A DNA stretch of 26,370 nucleotides from the NCBI GenBank assembly GCA_964543175.1, contig CAZIWS010000003.1, forward strand, positions 1-26,370, in the 5' to 3' direction. The translations under genes were made by a program, and so were the position numbers. Under the pieces are notes generated by a model. That model was not told the DNA's origin and did no database searches. It worked only from the letters and a program-made list of their open reading frames with translations. The DNA comes from an uncultured Candidatus Saccharibacteria bacterium (GTDB lineage: Bacteria > Patescibacteriota > Minisyncoccia > Phycocordibacterales > UBA9973). This document shows, one piece after another, positions 23,022 to 26,370 of the stretch (positions are counted from its first letter, which is position 1; the number at the start of each line of letters is the position of its first letter).

Positions 23022-24239
23022 TTAATTTATAGTGTCCATCACAGTATACATTGGAGTAATCATAGAAACTGCAAAAAAACCAACGGCACTTCCAATAATA
23101 ATCATTAAAAAGGGCTCAATAATGGTAGATAAATTTTTTGTTTTGTTGTCAATTTCTTCTTCATAAAAAATAGCAATGTCATGGAGCATTTCAGAAAGCT
23201 TACCTGTTTCTTCCCCTACTTGAATCATTTCAGCCATCATTACGGGATATAATTTATTGTCGGAAATAAAAGCTTCAGAAAAAGGAAACCCTTTTTCAAT
23301 TCCAGTTTTAGCTTTTTCTAAAATCTTTCGATAATACATATTTTGAACAACTTCTTGAGTAATTTCAATTGAACGAGTAATCGAAACGCCAGAAGACAAA
23401 AGAGAAGATAAAGTGCGAGCAGTTCGAGCAGTATTTAATTCTCTAATTAGTCCCCCAACCAAAGGAATACGAATAAAAATAAAATCAAAATATTTTTTCA
23501 TAAAAACTGCTTTAGAAAGCCAAGAAAAAAGAAATATCATTCCAACAATAATAATAAAAGTTAAAATTAAATTATTAGAAAAGAAATTACCTAAAGAAAT
23601 AATTATTTTAGTAGAAACAGGCAATTCAGTTCCTAATTCAGTAAAAGTTTTTGCTAAAGTTGGAACAACAAAAGCAAACATTAAAATACCAATTAAAATC
23701 ATAGCCGATAAAATAACCGAAGGATAAATTAATGCTCCTTTTACTTTTTTAGTTAAAGAATGAGCTTTTTCTAAATTAGAACCAACTTCATTTAAGGCCC
23801 CAACTAAATTACCTGATTCTTCTCCTGCTCTAACCATAGAAATAAATAGGGGTGAAAAAGCTTTAGGATGTTTAGCCATTCCAGAAGAAAGATTTCCTCC
23901 TTTATTTATTTCATCACTAATAGAAATTAAAATAGCATTAAATGTTTTATTTTTAGTTTGTTTTTGAAGAACGGACAATGCTCTAGAAATTGACAGCCCT
24001 GCTTTTAGCATTCCACTTAAATTTTTAGTAAAAATTATTTGTTCTGATATTTTTACTTTTCCAAAAAATTTTTCAAAAGAAGAATTTAAATTAGCTAGTT
24101 GTTGGTTTTTTTTAGAAATAGACAAAGGAATAAATCCCCTTATTTTAATTTCACGAGCAACAGCAAAGCGATCAGTTGAATTCATTGATCCTTCAAAAAT
24201 TTCTCCTTCTTTTGATTTTGCTTTATAAGAAAAAATCAT
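23022..24239 (-). CDS. pilC: Type IV pilus platform protein PilC / GspF family
   Basis: FSYKAK, LSGMLKAGLSI, MVRAGEESGNL, ALIYP, VVPTL, MIQVGEETGKL, IIEPFLMIIIG; two T2SSF repeats. Confidence 0.95.
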   Translation of the reverse strand: MIFSYKAKSKEGEIFEGSMNSTDRFAVAREIKIRGFIPLSISKKNQQLANLNSSFEKFFGKVKISEQIIFTKNLSGMLKAGLSISRALSVLQKQTKNKTFNAILISISDEINKGGNLSSGMAKHPKAFSPLFISMVRAGEESGNLVGALNEVGSNLEKAHSLTKKVKGALIYPSVILSAMILIGILMFAFVVPTLAKTFTELGTELPVSTKIIISLGNFFSNNLILTFIIIVGMIFLFSWLSKAVFMKKYFDFIFIRIPLVGGLIRELNTARTARTLSSLLSSGVSITRSIEITQEVVQNMYYRKILEKAKTGIEKGFPFSEAFISDNKLYPVMMAEMIQVGEETGKLSEMLHDIAIFYEEEIDNKTKNLSTIIEPFLMIIIGSAVGFFAVSMITPMYTVMDTIN

Positions 24240-24250
24240 ATTTATTTAAA

Positions 24251-25999
24251 TTACTCAGAAATAACTCTTAACACTTCTTCTAGGGTTGTTAGCCCCATAA
24301 CGGCTTTAAAAATCCCATCTTCAATCATAGTCATCATTCCTTCTTTTTTAGCTTGTTCTTCTATTTGATCTTGAGAGGCTCCTTTAATAATTAATTCTCT
24401 AATTTGAGTAGTTACTTTTAAAACTTCATGAATTCCAATTCTACCCGAATAACCATCTTCTGATTCTTCACTTTTAATTGCTTTATAAAAAGGAATTTTA
24501 TCCCAAGTTGTTTCATTTGAGATTATTTTTTCTGTTTTTAAAAAAGAAATCATTTTATCTAAATCAATAGCTTTAGCTAAATTTTTTATTTCTGCTTCTG
24601 ATAAAAAATATTTTTCTTTAACATTAACAAGTTTTCTAACAAGTCTTTGCCCGATAATAGTTTTTACAGTAGAAATAATTAAAAATGGCTCTGCTCCCAT
24701 ATCAATTAATCTAGGAATTGCCCCAGCTGCTGAATTGGTGTGGATGGTGGAAAGAACTAAGTGCCCAGTTAAAGAAGCATTAATTGCCAAACCTGCTGTT
24801 TCTTTATCTCTAATTTCTCCTACCATAATTATATCTGGATCTTGACGTAATAAAGAACGCAAACCATTAGCAAAAGTTAAACCAATCTCCGGCTTAACTT
24901 GTGTTTGATTTATTCTAGGCATTTGATATTCAATTGGGTCTTCTACGGTAGAAATATTTACATCAGGTTTATTTAAAAGATCTAAAAGAGTATAAAGGGT
25001 AGTTGTTTTTCCAGAGCCAGTTGGCCCTGTAGCTAAAATCATTCCAATTTTTTGTTTTAAAGCATCATGAATTCTTTCAGATCCTTCGCCGTGAAAACCT
25101 AAAGATTCAACAGAAAAACCGTGAGCATTTTCTTTTAAAATTCGAATAACAACTTTTTCACCAAAAAATGTTGGTAGGGTTGAAACACGAAAAGAAATTT
25201 TTTCACCATCCTGTTCTATTTTAAATCTTCCATCTTGAGGAAGTCTTTTTTCATCTAATTTAAGATTTGTTAAAACTTTTATACGAGCAATAATACCAGG
25301 AGCAACATTTTTATTTAAAATCATGGCATCATGTAAAATCCCGTCTATGCGATAGCGTACTACTAATTCAAGTTCACCTGGCTCAACGTGAACATCAGAA
25401 GCATTTTGTAAAATTGCATGAGAAATTAAAGAATCAACAATTTTAATTACCGGCAAATCTTCTGCCATTTCTTTTAATTCTTTTTCTGATTTATCACCTT
25501 CTTCATTTGAAATTGTTTTCAAAGAGGAAGATTCTTTTTTTATTATTTCATCAAATTCAGCTTGCAATGTTTTACCATATTGCAAAAGAGCTGATTTAAT
25601 AGAAGATGTATCAGTTAGCCTAGGTAATATTTTCAAGCCAGAATGTTTTTTTATAAAATCAATAACTGTTAAATCATCTACGTTTAACATGGCAACTTCT
25701 AAAGTATGATCATTCTTTTTATAAGCAATGATATTATGATTGCGAGCAATTGGTTCAGGGATAAGAGAAATAATAGAAAAATCAATTTTTTCTTTCAATA
25801 AAGAAACAAAAGGAATTCCTAAAATAAAAGCTTCAATTTTTTTTAAATCAGTTTCTGAAATTTTTCCATCAGACAAAAGAATATTACTTAGTTTTTGTTT
25901 TTTAGATTCAGCTTTTTTAATTTCTTCATCTAACTCAGCACGAGTAATATGCCCAAAGTCTAAAAGAAATTTTTTAAATTGCTCTTGGTCAATAATCAT
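24251..25999 (-). CDS. pilB: Type IV pilus assembly ATPase PilB / GspE family
   Basis: ASDVHVEP, RYRIDG, EKRLPQDGRF, Walker A GPTGSGKTTT, TVEDPIEY, LRQDPDIIMVGEIRD, TGHLVLSTIHTN, GYSGRIGIHE. Confidence 0.96.
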   Translation of the reverse strand: MIIDQEQFKKFLLDFGHITRAELDEEIKKAESKKQKLSNILLSDGKISETDLKKIEAFILGIPFVSLLKEKIDFSIISLIPEPIARNHNIIAYKKNDHTLEVAMLNVDDLTVIDFIKKHSGLKILPRLTDTSSIKSALLQYGKTLQAEFDEIIKKESSSLKTISNEEGDKSEKELKEMAEDLPVIKIVDSLISHAILQNASDVHVEPGELELVVRYRIDGILHDAMILNKNVAPGIIARIKVLTNLKLDEKRLPQDGRFKIEQDGEKISFRVSTLPTFFGEKVVIRILKENAHGFSVESLGFHGEGSERIHDALKQKIGMILATGPTGSGKTTTLYTLLDLLNKPDVNISTVEDPIEYQMPRINQTQVKPEIGLTFANGLRSLLRQDPDIIMVGEIRDKETAGLAINASLTGHLVLSTIHTNSAAGAIPRLIDMGAEPFLIISTVKTIIGQRLVRKLVNVKEKYFLSEAEIKNLAKAIDLDKMISFLKTEKIISNETTWDKIPFYKAIKSEESEDGYSGRIGIHEVLKVTTQIRELIIKGASQDQIEEQAKKEGMMTMIEDGIFKAVMGLTTLEEVLRVISE

Positions 26000-26005
26000 T
26001 TATTT

Positions 26006-26014
26006 ATTATAACA
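26006..26014 (-). promoter_or_regulatory. Extended -10 promoter for the pilB operon (leaderless)
   Basis: TGT-TATAAT, 6 nt before the ATG at 25999. Confidence 0.7.
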
Positions 26015-26046
26015 AAAAAATCTCCTCAATGGGAGATTTTTTTGTT
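26011..26046 (-). terminator. Intrinsic, structurally bidirectional terminator
   Basis: Perfect 15-bp inverted repeat aacaaaaaaatctcc (26011-26025) / ggagatttttttgtt (26032-26046), 6-nt loop, 17 nt after the upstream stop codon. Confidence 0.85.
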
Positions 26047-26063
26047 GAATTAAACAGAAGCAT

Positions 26064-26369
26064 TTATTTCTGTACATCTGAAATTTTATACCCATAAGGA
26101 AGAATGCCAGCAGAAACACCTCCAGCCCTATCGTTACAACCATTTTGTCCTGGATATGCTTTAAGTATTTTAGAAATAGGATCAATAGAATTAGGTATGA
26201 CAGCTGGACATTGCCAGCTACTATAATTCCACTTACGTTCTCCATTAGCATCACCGCCAACTCCTCCAGATTCAAGTCCTGCGTCGCAATTTTTAGATCC
26301 GCCTTTTCCACCATTTGCCCAAATTAAATTACTACCAACATAACTTTGTCCACCATCTTCTCCAGGAGA
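26064..26369 (-). CDS. C-terminal 101 aa of a glycine-rich, Cys-containing protein (5' end outside the window)
   Basis: Not in the ORF track. Open frame: SPGEDGGQSYVGSNLIWANGGKGGSKNCDAGLESGGVGGDANG...NGCNDRAGGVSAGILPYGYKISDVQK*, TAA at 26066->26064, followed by the terminator. Confidence 0.8.
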   Translation of the reverse strand, partial: SPGEDGGQSYVGSNLIWANGGKGGSKNCDAGLESGGVGGDANGERKWNYSSWQCPAVIPNSIDPISKILKAYPGQNGCNDRAGGVSAGILPYGYKISDVQK

Positions 26370-26370
26370 C

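Noticed and set aside
18245-26012. Plus-strand ORFs 18245-18499, 22105-22305, 23413-23727 and 25740-26012
   Set aside because: Antisense shadows of pgk, a minor pilin, pilC and pilB.
26000-26327. ORFs 26000-26314 (-) and 26145-26327 (+)
   Set aside because: The minus ORF runs through the terminator and the pilB promoter in an alternative frame; the Gly-rich frame ending at 26064 fits the terminator position much better. The plus ORF is its antisense shadow.
1-26370. CRISPR array, tRNA/rRNA genes, transposase/integrase, alternative genetic code
   Set aside because: No regularly spaced repeat-spacer units, no intergenic room or cloverleaf for RNA genes, no recombinase motifs, and long ORFs translate uninterrupted with the standard code.

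Overview
AT-rich, gene-dense bacterial window read in the standard code (long ORFs are unbroken, so there is no sign of UGA recoding). Gene content points to a Patescibacteria/CPR genome, probably Parcubacteria (inference). Most genes are on the minus strand. In transcription order: the 3' end of a Gly-rich protein; a type IV pilus operon (pilB, pilC, three minor pilins, a large PilX-like pilin); tpiA-pgk; recJ-rnhA-comEC (membrane part); comEC (MBL part); glyA-DUF1599-dut-argS; ileS-recO; a 644-aa membrane-anchored Ig-like repeat protein; and glyQS, which runs off the left edge and is missing from the ORF track. On the plus strand are an Fe/Mn SOD, a 99-aa orphan and a HIT protein. I found no rRNA, tRNA, CRISPR array or transposase. 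Main observations beyond the gene list: (1) at least nine short, GC-rich, mostly palindromic elements of several families sit in frame inside glyQS, ileS, argS and glyA; (2) seven genes have a TAnnnT box exactly 6 nt before the ATG with no Shine-Dalgarno, implying leaderless mRNAs, including a symmetric 14-bp bidirectional promoter between sod and comEC-MBL; (3) IleRS carries an apparently intact histidine-phosphatase domain and a GIHH signature in place of HIGH; (4) a tandem DUF1599 protein sits between glyA and dut. All family assignments come from motif recognition, not database searches.
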